This document shows positions 14,621 to 27,410 of a DNA stretch of 64,000 nt, piece by piece. Numbering within the stretch: the first letter of the stretch is position 1; every line of letters begins with the position of its first letter. The translations under genes and the position numbers were made by a program. The notes under the pieces were generated by a model, which did not search any database, was not told the DNA's origin, and worked only from the letters and a program-made list of their open reading frames with translations. Source of the DNA: Octopus sinensis (taxonomy: Eukaryota); the NCBI RefSeq assembly GCF_006345805.1, contig NC_043017.1, forward strand, positions 22,072,001 to 22,136,000. The letters are read 5' to 3'.

Positions 14621-15677
14621 TAAAGAAACAGAGTGAGAGGCTGTTTAGAGAGGTATTGAAAAAACTTAAAAACAGATTGACACACAGAGACTGATATATA
14701 TATATATATATGTATGTATAGATACATTTATGAATTTATTTTGTAAGATTCTTGATGTGAAACCATGTGTTGAAACAAACATTGTTATATTTCAGAGTGG
14801 ACATTTTTCCTTTTCTTTTGCCAAATAAACATACGCACAATATATTTGTCCTTCACTTCTCAGAGAATGGATTAAGTGGAGCAGGAGGACATACGTGGAT
14901 GGAAAGGGCCACTGTAGAGGTCACAGATGAGTGATGAAAAGTTTCCAGACAATGGACATAGGATAAAATAAGAAGCGTAATAAATGAGTGAAGAACAAAT
15001 ATATATAGTGTGTGTGTGTGTGTTTATTTGGCAGGAAAAAAAAAGAAAATGACTATCCTGAAATATAACAATATATATGTGTGTGTTTGTGTGTGTGTGC
15101 ATGTATATGTATGTATATATATGTATGTATATGTGTATGTATATATATGTGTGTGTGTGTATGTATGTGTATTTATATATATTTATATATATATATATAT
15201 ACTAACTGAGTGCTCCATCATGGCCAGGCAATTTTCAATGTTTTTATTCCATGTGATACTATGTCTTCTCCAACAGTTAGGCCTCTTGATCAAAACGGAC
15301 TTCTTTGTTATTTGACACATATTTATAATGTCTAGATAAACAAAGTTTTAGTTTTTTCTTAGCTTGCTGCTTTTTGTTTCGTGAGGGTCTTTCAACTCTG
15401 TCACCCTAATGAAATTTCTTACACATACACTCAACATGAGCAATATACATATACACACAACAAGCTTCTTTCACTATCCATTTATCAAATCAATTCACAG
15501 ATCTTTGGGTCACCCAAGTGCAATAGTCAAAGACACTTGCCTAAGGGGCTAATCAATAGAATCGAAAATAAAACTATATGGTTGAAAACTGAACTTCTTA
15601 ACTATACAGATTAGAGGAGTTATGAGTGCCAATGGCATGGGAGAGGTTTTGGACATCGATGAGGACAAACTGTGTGT

Positions 15678-15986
15678 GAGGCACATGGCCTTGTGGTTAG
15701 AGCAGCAGACTCGTGGTCGAGGGATTGCTGGTTCGAATCTCAGACCAGGCGATGTGTGTGTTTATGAGCGAAAACACCTAAGCTCCACGCAGCTCCGGCA
15801 GAAGGTAATGGCAAACTTCTGCTGACTCTTTCGACACAACTTTCTCTCGCTCTTTCTTCCTGCATCTTGCAGCTCACCTGCAATGGACTGGCGTACCATC
15901 CAGATGGGGAACCTATACGCCAAGAAACTGGGAAACCTGCCCTTATGAGCCAGGAATGGCTCGAGAAGGAACAAAACAAACAAACA
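15678..15986 (+). mobile_element. SINE family D (tRNA-derived, (CAAA)n tail)
   Basis: A-box tggccttgtgg, B-box ggttcgaatc. Homologous copy at 48145-48451 and a 3' fragment near 26850-26940. Confidence 0.85.
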
Positions 15987-16521
15987 GTCTGTGTGGTTTA
16001 TTCAGGAGGACTTTCAAATCAGGGTTTGAACATGATTTTTAAATATCTTTGACTTGATGGTGTGACAGGGCAAATTTTGTCTGTTCAGGATTAACTCTAC
16101 AGACATGAACATGTTCAAGGAGTCAAGAAACCAGAACTTTCTTAGAAGAATCCAGGAGGGCAAAAGCAGTCTAGTATGCATTTGGTAAGTGTCTGGGTGT
16201 TTTGTATGCTTATCCTGAACAAACTGTTTTGTATGCTTATTCTGAACAAATAACATCATGTGTTAGATCTAGCTATCTTAACTTAAATAACTTAGATTGG
16301 TTTTGGCCATTATCAACCCAGGCCATGACTAACTTGGTAGCACCACCTGGAGAGATCTTTAGCATTGAAATTGGCCATATCTTGTTTAAATATTTGACTT
16401 GTTTTATATCCAAACTGGCCAGATCTGACCTCTTATACCTGCCCTACAATGTCATTATAAAAATAAGCAGCCATATCATCAAAATCTCAAAGCTGCAAGG
16501 AACTTGCATGAGAAATTCAAA

Positions 16522-17175
16522 CCATCATCATCAACATCATCATTTCACATTTGTTGTCCATGGGTTGGACGGTTTGACCAGAGCTGGCAAGCTGGGGAGC
16601 TGTACCAGACTGTAGTCTGATTTGACATGGTTTCTATGGCTGGATGCCCTTCTTAATGCCAACCACTTTACAAAGTGTGCTGGATGGTCTTACATGGCAC
16701 AACACTAGAGCTTTTATGTGGCACTGTAGATATGTTTTCATATGGCACCACCACGGGTGCATTTCACCACCAGAGGAACCAGTCTTAACACTTCAGCTGT
16801 TGGAGTATTGAGTCTTCTTAGGTACAGCAAGGTGCCAGGTATCTTGGTCCTTTGCTATCTCACAAGAGAGGTTCAGCATCCTGAGGTCGTTCTTCAGTAC
16901 TTCATCCCACGTCTTCCTGGGTCTTCATCCCACGTCTTCCTGGGTCTTCATCCCACGTCTTCCTGGGTCTTCATCCCACGTCTTCCTGGGTCTTCATCCC
17001 ACGTCTTCCTGGGTCTTCATCCCACGTCTTCCTGGGTCTTCATCCCACGTCTTCCTGGGTCTTCATCCCACGTCTTCCTGGGTCTTCATCCCACGTCTTC
17101 CTGGGTCTTCATCCCACGTCTTCCTGGGTCTTCATCCCACGTCTTCCTGGGTCTTCCACTTCCACATGTTCTGAA
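16522..17175 (-). mobile_element. 3' end of an RTE-clade LINE with (GAT)n-type tail
   Basis: Minus strand encodes GSGRPRKTWDEVLKNDLRMLNLSCEIAKDQDTWHLAVPKKT, a typical RTE ORF C-terminus, followed by the 3' UTR found in many short copies in the window. Confidence 0.8.
16901..17157. repeat. Perfect 23-bp tandem repeat, about 11 copies (ttcatcccacgtcttcctgggtc)
   Basis: Direct reading. The units appear identical. Confidence 0.95.
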
Positions 17176-18169
17176 GCCATGCAATTGAATTCAGTAGGAT
17201 GCAGTTTCCATCATGCATCTACATGTGTGTAAGTGCTTGAGCCTGCTTAACAGAGAGGAGGGTAAAACCATGTGAATAAACCAGCTTCACATTTGACAGA
17301 ATAATCTGAATACCAGAGAGTTCAGCCGTGTTTCAAGACACCAGGAACCACTCAAGCAAAGAGCTGTGAATGGCTGAGATGTATCCAGGTGTTGGCAGTT
17401 TGTCCGGTATTTCTTGGAAGCAATTTGTCCAGGTACTGTTTGAATGCTATGGGTATCTTTTGTTTCCTTTAATCTCTTTCAGGATAACATATAATAGCAT
17501 AACCCAGTGTATTGTAAACAACTCATCATGTGTTAGATCTAGCTATCAGCTAATTGAGAACAACAATCATCAGGTGTTGGACAGATCTGGCTCTCAGCCC
17601 AAGTCGAATGTAAACAACGATCATCGTGTACAAGACAATTTTAACCATCAGCCAAGTTTATTGTGAAACAAGTGCTTTCATGTTTCGGACAAATCTAGCG
17701 GTCAGCCAAATCTATTGAGAATAGCTTTCATCATGTGTGAGAGAGATCTGGCTACCATCCAAGTGTATTCTGGACCACAGTCATTATGTGATAGTCAGAT
17801 CTTGCAGTGAACAAAGTGTATTGTGATTTGTGATCCATCTCTTCCTTTAACAAGAATGAGTAGGTCACCATTCCCTCATGGAGTGGCAATAGCAAAGTCA
17901 TGTGATGAAGTGCTTCCCACAGGAGGCAAGCCAAGCTGCTCTGGAGGAAGTAAAGCAGACATATTAATGGGTTTAGTGTAATTAAGGGCATTTTAAACTC
18001 TATCCAACACCTTGGGGAAGAAGAAAAAGAACTCTGTAGATACAGAAGGGGTAAAAAATCTTCACTAGCATTTTGTCAGAGAGAAACCAAAATATTTCAC
18101 AATTTTGTGTGTTTTGGGAGGGGGGGGATAAAAATGTTATTAACATTTTGAGGGAAGCAGGGTCAAAAA

Positions 18170-19662
18170 CATCACTAATATTTTGTGGAGGAGGAGTGAA
18201 AATTACAAATATTTTATGGGAAAGGGTCAAAAGATGTCACTGCTTTGTGTTGAAGGGGTCAAAAATGTGACTAATATTTTGTGGAGGAGGAGGTGTGAAA
18301 ATTACAGATATCATATGGTTAGAGGGTCCTAAGATGTCACCGTTTTGTGTAGAAGGGGTCAAAAATTTCACTAATATTTTGTGGAGGAGGAGGAGTGAAA
18401 ATTACAAATATTTTATGGGAAAGGGTCAAAAGATGTCACCGCTTTGTGTAGAAGGGGTCAAAAATGTCACTATATTTTGTGGAGGAGGAGGAGTGAAAAT
18501 TACAAATATATGGGAAAGGGTCAAAAGATGTCACCGTTTTGTGTAGAAGGGGTCAAAAATGTCACTAATATTTTGTGGAGGAGGAGGAGTGAAAATTACA
18601 AATATTTTATGGGAAAGGGTCAAAAGATGTCACCGCTTTGTGTAGAAGGGGTCAAAAATGTCACTAATATTTTGTGGAGGAGGAGGAGTGAAAATTACAA
18701 ATATATGGGAAAGGGTCAAAAGATGTCACCGTTTTGTGTAGAAGGGGTCAAAAATGTCACTAATATTTTGTGGAGGAGGAGGAGTGAAAATTACAAATAT
18801 TTTATGGGAAAAGGTCAAAAAATGTCACTGCTTTGTGTAGAAGGGGTCAAAAACGTGACTAATATTTTGTGGAGGAGGAGGTGTGAAAATTACAGATATC
18901 ATATGGTTAGAGGGTCCTAAGATGTCACCGTTTTGTGTAGAAGGGGTCAAAAATTTCACTAATATTTTGTGGAGGAGGAGGAGTGAAAATTACAAATATT
19001 TTATGGGAAAGGGTCAAAAGATGTCACCGCTTTGTGTAGAAGGGGTCAAAAATGTCACTAATATTTTGTGGAGGAGGAGGAGTGAAAATTACAAATATAT
19101 GGGAAAGGGTCAAAAGATGTCACCGTTTTGTGTAGAAGGGGTCAAAAATTTCACTAATATTTTGTGGAGGAGGAGGAGTGAAAATTACAAATATTTTATG
19201 GGAAAGGGTCAAAAGATGTCACCGCTTTGTGTAGAAGGGGTCAAAAATGTCACTAATATTTTGTGGAGGAGGAGGAGTGAAAATTACAAATATATGGGAA
19301 AGGGTCAAAAGATGTCACCGTTTTGTGTAGAAGGGGTCAAAAATGTCACTAATATTTTGTGGAGGAGGAGGAGTGAAAATTACAAATATTTTATGGGAAA
19401 AGGTCAAAAAATGTCACTGCTTTGTGTAGAAGGGGTCAAAAACGTGACTAATATTTTGTGGAGGAGGAGGAGTGAAAATTACAGATATTATCTGGGAGAG
19501 TGTCAAAAGATGTCACCATTTTGTGTAGAAGGAGTCAAAAATATGACTAATATTTTGTGGAGGAGGAGGAGTGAAAATTACAAATATTTTATGGGAAAGG
19601 GTCAAAAAATGTCACTGCTTTGTGTAGAAGGGGTCAAAAATGTGACTAATATTTTGTGGAGG
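18170..19662. repeat. Minisatellite of 99/96-bp units (about 15 copies) built from three ~33-bp subrepeats
   Basis: Unit aatattttgtggaggaggaggagtgaaaattacaaatatt(tt)atgggaaagggtcaaaagatgtcaccg.tttgtgtagaaggggtcaaaaatgtcact. A variant unit recurs 588 bp apart (18295, 18883). Confidence 0.95.
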
Positions 19663-20055
19663 CAACATTTCGTCTGTCTTCCTGTCCTGAGTTCAAATTT
19701 TGCCAGGGTTAACTCTGCCGTTCATCCTTTCGGGATTGATAAAATGAGTAGCAGTTGAGTACTGAGGGGGATGTGCGGGAAAGTCAATGTAACTGACTAG
19801 CCCTTCACCCCAAATTTCATGCCTTGCGCCTTTAGAATTATTACAAAAAAGGCAGCGAGCTGGCAGAATCGTTAGCCCACTGGGCAAAATGCTCAGCAGC
19901 ATTTCCTCCATTTTTACGTTCCGAGTTCAAATCCTGTCGAGGTCAACTTTGCCTTTCATCCTTTCAAGGTCGATGAAACAAATACCTCTTACACATTGGG
20001 GACTATCCCCCTTCCCCCAAAAAATTTCAGGCCTTGTGCCTTTAGTAGAAAGGAT
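19662..20055 (+). mobile_element. Two tandem SINE family B copies followed by an (ATT/GTT)n tail
   Basis: gagttcaaat..gcctttcatcctttc..ccaaatttcaggccttgtgcc motifs occur twice. Confidence 0.8.
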
Positions 20056-20642
20056 CATTATTGTTATTATCACTATTATTATCATTATTATTGTTGTTGT
20101 TGTTGTTGTTGTTATTATAAATATTATTATTATTATTGTTGTTGTTGTTATTAATATTATTGTTATTATTATTATTATTGTTGTTGTTGTTATTATCATT
20201 ATCATTAATATTATTATTATTATTTTATTATTATTATTATTATTAGCCATGACTGCGTTTTGCGCCATCAATAAATCTATTTAAAGACCAATAAAAATAA
20301 TGAGTTCATTGCTTGAAACTGGAGCCAAACAGCTTCGCTATTATTACATTATTACTGACATCCTGTTGTTGTTCTTGCAGTTCTTCTAAAATATTATTGA
20401 TGATACTCTTATGCAACTTGTAACTTGTTATCCAGGCTTTTAATTCTGTTTTTCTTCCGTATATGGTTGTTTAGTATTCTTAATTTTATAAACTCTCAAA
20501 ACACGCACACATATATATATATACGTATACATGAATGTATATAAACGAATATAAATATACATATATACACACATGTGTGTGTGTGAGTGTGCACATGTAT
20601 ATATATTTGGATATAAATATACACATACACACACATACACAC

Positions 20643-20684
<42 letters not shown>

Positions 20685-20800
20685 GGATATATGTGTATGT
20701 ATGTATGTATATATACATATATATGTATACATACATACACATATGAATATGCATTTATATGGATATGTATGTATGTATGTATGTATATATATAAATGAAT

Positions 20801-20833
<33 letters not shown>

Positions 20834-21256
20834 CACACATATATACACAATGGATTTAAACAATTCCTCATTTAAAACAATTATAAATCTGAGAAAATGG
20901 TCTTAAATTGCCAAAGCAACAAAATCAAATATAAATAACAAACAGACAAACAAACAAACAAAAAACAAAGTGATATTTTCCAAAAAGCAAGAAAGAATGG
21001 AAGAAAAAAACTGAAAATGCCACTTAAAGAGAGAAACATCATAAACTTGACTGTTCTCAACTGAAAGCTAAAAGCCATTCCGAGTACGAGGAAATGGTAA
21101 AGTGATAATGAATTTTGAGATAACAAAATCTTTTATAGAATGAAGTGAAATGGTAAAAATTAAGAGGGGAATTCTAAGTCAAACATATATTCAATTATAG
21201 AAAGTAAAAAAAGATAAATAATAAAATTCACAAAACATAACATATACATGTATGCA

Positions 21257-21327
<71 letters not shown>

Positions 21328-21952
21328 ATATATATATATGTGTGTGTGTATGTATATATATATATGTATGTGTGTATATATATATATATATGTGTGTGTG
21401 TATATATTAATATATACATACACACTTGTTTATATATGTACACATGTATGTATGTGTGTATATATATATATATTTCGTAAAACTTCAGAGTAAAGATGCT
21501 AACATAAAATGCTAATAATACGACAAAACATTTAACAGCGTAGAATTAAAATGCAAAGCCTACATTTCTAAATTAGAAACTCTTCGTTAAGTTAAATAAA
21601 GAATCGATAACGTTTATAAACCAATAAAACCAGTGATCAATATCACCAGCACCAGTATCATCATCTTTAACAGTATGACCACCATCATCACAATTATTAT
21701 CATTATTATTATTATTATTATTATTATCATTATTATTATTATTGTTGATATTATTACTACTATTATTATTAAGGCAGTGAGCTGGCAGAATTGTTAGCAC
21801 ACCGGGAAAATTGCTTAGCAACATTTCATCTGTCCTTACAGCCTGAGTTCAAATTCCACCGAGGTCGACTTTGCCTGGGGTAGCTCCCTCGGGTAGTCCC
21901 ACCTTCCCCAAAATTTCAGGCCTTATGCCTACAGCAGAAAAGATTATTATTA

Positions 21953-21986
<34 letters not shown>

Positions 21987-22485
21987 CTCCACCTTAGCGA
22001 AGGCAGAGGTATTGTTTTCAGTCATGTTTGTTTGTTTGTCTATGGACAAAATATCTCAAGAACCACCAGATGGATTCGGATGCTACTTTATGGGATGTTT
22101 GGCTTCATGCTTGGCAGGAACTGATTAGGTTTTGGGATCGATCCAGTACTGGACAAGGATTCCGGATTATTTTTCCTGTTTTTTTACTCAATTTTTGTGA
22201 GTGGTCAGGTTCATTTTTAGTATTCTCATTTGCTGGTGCTGGTGATATTGATCACTGGTTTTATTGGTTTATACACATTATTGATTCTTTATTTAACTTA
22301 GCGAAGAGTTTCTAATTTAGAAATGTAGGCTTTGCATTTTAATTCTATGCTGTTAAATGTTTTGTCTTATTATTATTATTGTGAGAGCAGTCAAGTTTAT
22401 TTGAGATATTCTCATTTAAAAAATCATCATTGAGAGGATATTGGTGTTGCCTTGGTGGAGGTTTGCACTTTCTGAGTGCTCTTGT
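21987..22485 (+). mobile_element. Helentron-like element (same family as 3152-3520) carrying a ~145-bp insert
   Basis: Colinear with 3152-3520 except for the insert at 22233-22380. Confidence 0.75.
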
Positions 22486-22529
22486 TATTATTACTACTAC
22501 TTCTACAACTACTACTTCTACTACAACAG

Positions 22530-22845
22530 GGCAATGAGCTGGCAGAATCATTAGGGCGCCAAACAAAATACTGAATAGCATTTCCTCTGGTTGTATGCTC
22601 TGAGTTCAAATTCTGCTATGGTCAGCTTTGCCTTTCATGTGGCAGAATCATTAGCACATTGGACGAAATACTTAGCAGTATTTCGCTCATTGCTACATTC
22701 TGAGTTCAAATTCTGCCGAAGTCAACTTTACCTTTCATCCTTTCTGGATCGATAAATTAAGTACCAGTGAAATACTGGGGTCAATGTAATCGATTTGCCC
22801 TCTCCCTCCAAATTTCAGGCTTTGTGCCTATAGTAGAAAGGATTA
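22530..22845 (+). mobile_element. SINE family B, partial head duplication plus full copy
   Basis: ggcagaatcattag..gagttcaaattc twice, followed by the central block and 3' end. Confidence 0.8.
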
Positions 22846-23000
22846 TTATTCAAAACAGTTTGTTTCATCTCCATGTGACTTAAAGTTTCAAACCCGTCGA
22901 ACAGGAACCTGTCTCATTCAGGACTAGATTACTGAATGAAGAAACACAAAAAATCCAAGCATGTATGAATGTGTATGTATATATATATATATATATATCT

Positions 23001-23405
23001 CATTTACTTGTTTCAGTCATTTAACTGTGGCCATGCTGGAGCACCACCTTTAGTTGAGCAAATCGCCCCCAGGACTTATTCTTTGTAAGCCTAGTACTTA
23101 TTCTATCGGTCTCTTTTGCTGAACTGCTAAGTTACGGGGATGTAAACACACCAGCACCGGTTGTCAAGCGATGTTGGGAAGACAAATACAGACACACAAA
23201 CATATACACAAATGTACACACATATATATATATACATATATATGACAGGCTTTTTTCAGTTTCCATCTACCAAATCCACTCACAAGGCTTTGGTTGGCCT
23301 GAAGCTACAGTAGAAGACACTTGCCCAAGGTGCCCCGCAGTGGGACTGAACCTGGAACCATGTGGTTTGTAAATAAACTACTTACCACACAGCCACTCCT
23401 ACGTC
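23001..23405 (-). mobile_element. SINE family A copy
   Basis: Full-length reverse-complement match. Confidence 0.9.
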
Positions 23406-23507
23406 TATGAAAAGATGAAAGGCAAAGTCAACCTTGGCAGAATTTGAACTCAGATTGTAAAAATAAACGAAATATCGCTAAGCGATTCGCCCGGCGTGCT
23501 AATTTTG

Positions 23508-23545
<38 letters not shown>

Positions 23546-24599
23546 TGCCAGATCTGACTGGCCTGGTGCAGCCTTCGGGCTTGCCAGACCCCAGTTGAAC
23601 CGTCCAACCCATGCTAGCATGGAAAGCGGACGTTAAACGATGATGATGATGATGATGATATATATATATACATATATATATATATACATATATATAATAT
23701 ATATATATATAATATATATATATATATATAATATATATATATACGTGTGCATATATGTGTATGCTTGTATGTGTAAATGTTTATTTTAAGTGTCTTAATT
23801 TAACTGGGCAAAAATCAACAACATTAATTACATTTCCCAGTAAAGAAGTATTTTGTAACTCAGTAGCTTCCTTTAAGGATCCACAGGCTAAAAGTAACAC
23901 ACTTAAAAGACAAGCAGGGGCTGGCAACAGGAAGGGCATTCGCTTACAGTAAAAACAGTCAGAGTCTATTTTATCTAACCCATGCCAGCATGGAGAAACA
24001 GACGTAAAAACAATAATTATGATAACAAAGGCAGTGACAATGGCTGCAGTGGTGATGGTCATGGTAGTGGCAGTAATGATGATGATCATGATGACGATAG
24101 AATGTAGTCCTAGCTAGATTGTCTGAATAACAGACAAGATGACCAATACCGAATCACCTTTGACCATAAGTCTGCTCGATCAGGACTGACCTGGGGCTAA
24201 ACAACACTATCAACAACAACTACAACAACAAGCTTTAGCAACACCATCATTATAATCATCATCTTCATTCCATCCACCACCACCACCACCATCATAATCA
24301 TCACTATCATCACCATCATCATTATCATCTCTGTCATATTATTCTGCTAAGAGTTGCTTTCTCTTTGAAGTTCTCACCACAAATTCTGCCTTCAGCAAAA
24401 GATCATTTTCCGTTCCTACAATGTCTCGGATGCAATTTGTTAACAGATGACAGCTGTAAAGTATTTAAAATATTTCTCTCAATAATCAAATTCCACCACA
24501 TCAATGAAATCCACAATCTAAGCCCCAGGTTGTTGGCTAATATTGCCATCGTCATTGATTACGGGTTGTCTGAAAGCTGCAGGAAGGAGGGATGCTGGC

Positions 24600-25330
24600 A
24601 GTAACAGAGGTGTGGTGGGCGTTGGTGGCAGCGAGGACAGGGATGTGGGCAATAGCAGTGGTGGTGGTGGTGGTCTGTGAAGGCGGTGCCACCAGTGGCG
24701 ATGGCAGTGGTGATGGTGGTGGCAGTGGCGATGGTGGTGGCAATGGCGATGGTGGTGACAGTGGTGGTGGTGGTGGCAGTGGTGGTGGTGGTGGTAGTGG
24801 TGGTGGTGGTGGCAGTGGTGGTGGTGGTGGTGCTAGTGGTGGCAGTAATGGTAGTTTGTGATGGTGGTTTCTGGTAGTGGTGGTGGTGTTTGTGATGGTG
24901 ACAGTGGAGGTGTTGATGGTGGTGATGGTGATGGTGGTAGTGGTGTTGGTGGAAGTGGCATCAGCACCAGTGGTGATGGTGCTGGTGGTTTGCAGTGGTG
25001 GTGATGATGCAGTGGTGGTGGTGGTGGCGATGGTGGTGGTGGTGGCGATGGTGGTGGTGGTGGCGATGGTGGTGGTGATGGTGATGTGACAGTGGTGGTG
25101 GTGGTGGTAGCGATGGTGGTGATGACGGTGATGTGACAGTGGTGGTGGTGGTGGTAGCGATGGTGGTGGTGACGGTGATGTGACAGTGGTGGTGGTGGTG
25201 GTAGCGATGGTGGTGGTGACGGTGATGTGACCGTCGTGGTGGTGGTGGTGTTAGTAGCAGAGATAATAGTAGTGGTGGTGGCGATGGTGGTGGTGACGTT
25301 GATGTGACAGTGGTGGTGGTAGTGGTGGTT
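24600..25330. repeat. (GGT)n-based low-complexity tract with ~45-48 bp higher-order unit
   Basis: gtgatgtgacagtggtggtggtggtggtagcgatggtggtggtgacg repeated in 25080-25320. Confidence 0.85.
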
Positions 25331-25604
25331 GCTTCAGTCAGTCCATGGCTTGAACGGGTTGCTTCCTACAGATGACTGTGAAGGAGAGAGAGAGAGAGAG
25401 AGAGACAAACACAGGGATTTAGCAATCCATGCGTAAGGAATTTGAATACGGGGTTTTAATTTCCAAATAATTAAAGAAATTGGATTACAGACCACTTGAT
25501 TGGATAGTACGGTGCCAAAAACCGGTCAATTTAAATCAATCATCCCAACTTAGGACAGCAGCAGGAGTGAGAATAAGTAAAGAAGACTCTATAAGACAAT
25601 CAAA

Positions 25605-25621
25605 TAGACAGACAGACAGAC

Positions 25622-25687
<66 letters not shown>

Positions 25688-25765
25688 GTAGGTAGGTAGG
25701 CAGGTAGATAGGTAGGTAGGTAGGTAGGTATGTAGGTAGGTAGGTAGGTAGGTAGGTAGGTGGGT

Positions 25766-25804
<39 letters not shown>

Positions 25805-25837
25805 TAAATAAACAGATAGACAGACAAATAGATAGAC

Positions 25838-25870
<33 letters not shown>

Positions 25871-25916
25871 AGTAGATAGATATATAGATAGATAGACAAA
25901 CAGATAGACAGACAAA

Positions 25917-25980
<64 letters not shown>

Positions 25981-25996
25981 TAGATAGATAGATAGG

Positions 25997-26044
<48 letters not shown>

Positions 26045-26062
26045 AGATAGATAGATAGACAG
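25605..26062. repeat. Compound (GATA)n/(GACA)n/(GGTA)n microsatellite
   Basis: Direct reading. Confidence 0.95.
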
Positions 26063-26325
26063 ACCAACAGATAAGCTGGTAGATAACTTGTGAAGAAATG
26101 AAAAAGAGGGACAGATGACCGGAAAATGCATGTAATCATATGCATTATTTGCCAAGTCTGTTGAGAAATCATTGATGAGTCTGTTAAATTATAGATGCTT
26201 TAAGGCAAAATTAATCAATGATTTGTTTCATTGCTATTCAGATAATAATGCTGAATAAACCTGCAATAAATGGACTTTGGGATTCAACCATAACTTGGCT
26301 GTTCATGAGAATTTTATTTCTCCTA

Positions 26326-26715
26326 TGGCTGTGTGGTAAGAAGTCTGGTTCCTAACCACATGGGTCTGGGTTCAGTCCTGGTGTGTGGCATCGTGGGTGA
26401 GTGTCTTCGACTATACTTTGGTTGACCAAAGCCTTGTGAGTGGATTCGGTAGATGGAAACTGAAAGAAGCCCATCGTGTGTGTGTGTGTTTATGTGTCTT
26501 TGTGTATGTGTCTGTTCCCCCACCACCACCACCACTTGACAACTGGTGTTGGTGTGTTTATGTCCCCATAACTTAGCGATTTAGCAAAAGAGACTGATAG
26601 TAAAGTAAAGGGCTTAAAAATATAAGCCCTGGGGGTTGATTTGTTTGACTAAAACCATTTGAGGTGATGCCGCATCATGGCCACAGTCAAATGGCTGAAA
26701 CAAGTTAAAGATACC
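26326..26715 (+). mobile_element. SINE family A copy
   Basis: Head, body and 3' end match the family. Confidence 0.85.
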
Positions 26716-27115
26716 AAGATAGATGTTTTTCGTCATTGTTGTTGTTTGACATTGCTTAATTAATGATAAATTCTGATTAAATAAAGTTATGGTTGATAGG
26801 CTTTACATCAGGGACCATTTTAATTGAGGTTTTTCTTATGTTATTTTTTGTTTGTTCCTTCTCAAGCTATACCTGGCTCATAAGGGCCAGTTTCCCAGTT
26901 TCGTTAGCATATAGGATCCACACCTGGACGGGACGCTGTTATTTTTAACAAACCAAGCAACCCTGTAGAAGACTTCTCGTTAATCTTCCATCAGATGTTG
27001 TCAAAGTACATTTCATCTCACTGCCTCACAAGTTTTGTTTTGATTCAAGAGAATTTGGTTGTACACCATTACACTCAAACGTGGTTATATACAGATAGAA
27101 TGGGGTGGATATAAA

Positions 27116-27410
27116 CAGTGGCAGACTGGGTCTAAAAATATCGCTTACCAGGAGACTAAGGGGGCTCACCCACAACTACAATGCTATAATTTTATTTAAT
27201 TTTTTTTTTGTTAACAGTATTCTTTTCAACTGTCTACAAGCACAGCCAAGCTGAAATAATAAATGCATTCTTATGGGAGTGAATAAAAGATTCTCAAACT
27301 TTAGGGGATGGGCCCCTTAGATACTAACATGGGCCCCCATATATGGATTCTAATAGCGCAGGAGCCCACTTGTCTTGGAGCAAGCTGGCAACCTGACCAG
27401 TCCACCACTG
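27116..27410. mobile_element. hAT-like MITE
   Basis: 14-bp TIRs cagtggcagactgg / ccagtccaccactg (2 mismatches). The 8-bp flanks gatataaa / catagaaa match 6/8, consistent with an aged 8-bp TSD. Confidence 0.65.

Noticed and set aside
15678-15752. tRNA gene (also other SINE heads)
   Set aside because: A/B boxes are present but there is no clean cloverleaf, and the sequence continues into a repeated SINE body with tail and TSD.
16901-17157. CRISPR-like array (also the 97-bp and 99-bp arrays)
   Set aside because: Head-to-tail units without unique spacers, no cas genes, eukaryotic context.
18883-19758. 291-aa repetitive ORF as a real gene
   Set aside because: Arises from a stop-free satellite unit of 99/96 bp. 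The array is frameshifted upstream and the ORF ends inside a SINE.
24592-24861. Glycine-rich protein
   Set aside because: Pure (GGT)n-derived low-complexity DNA with no splice or domain evidence.
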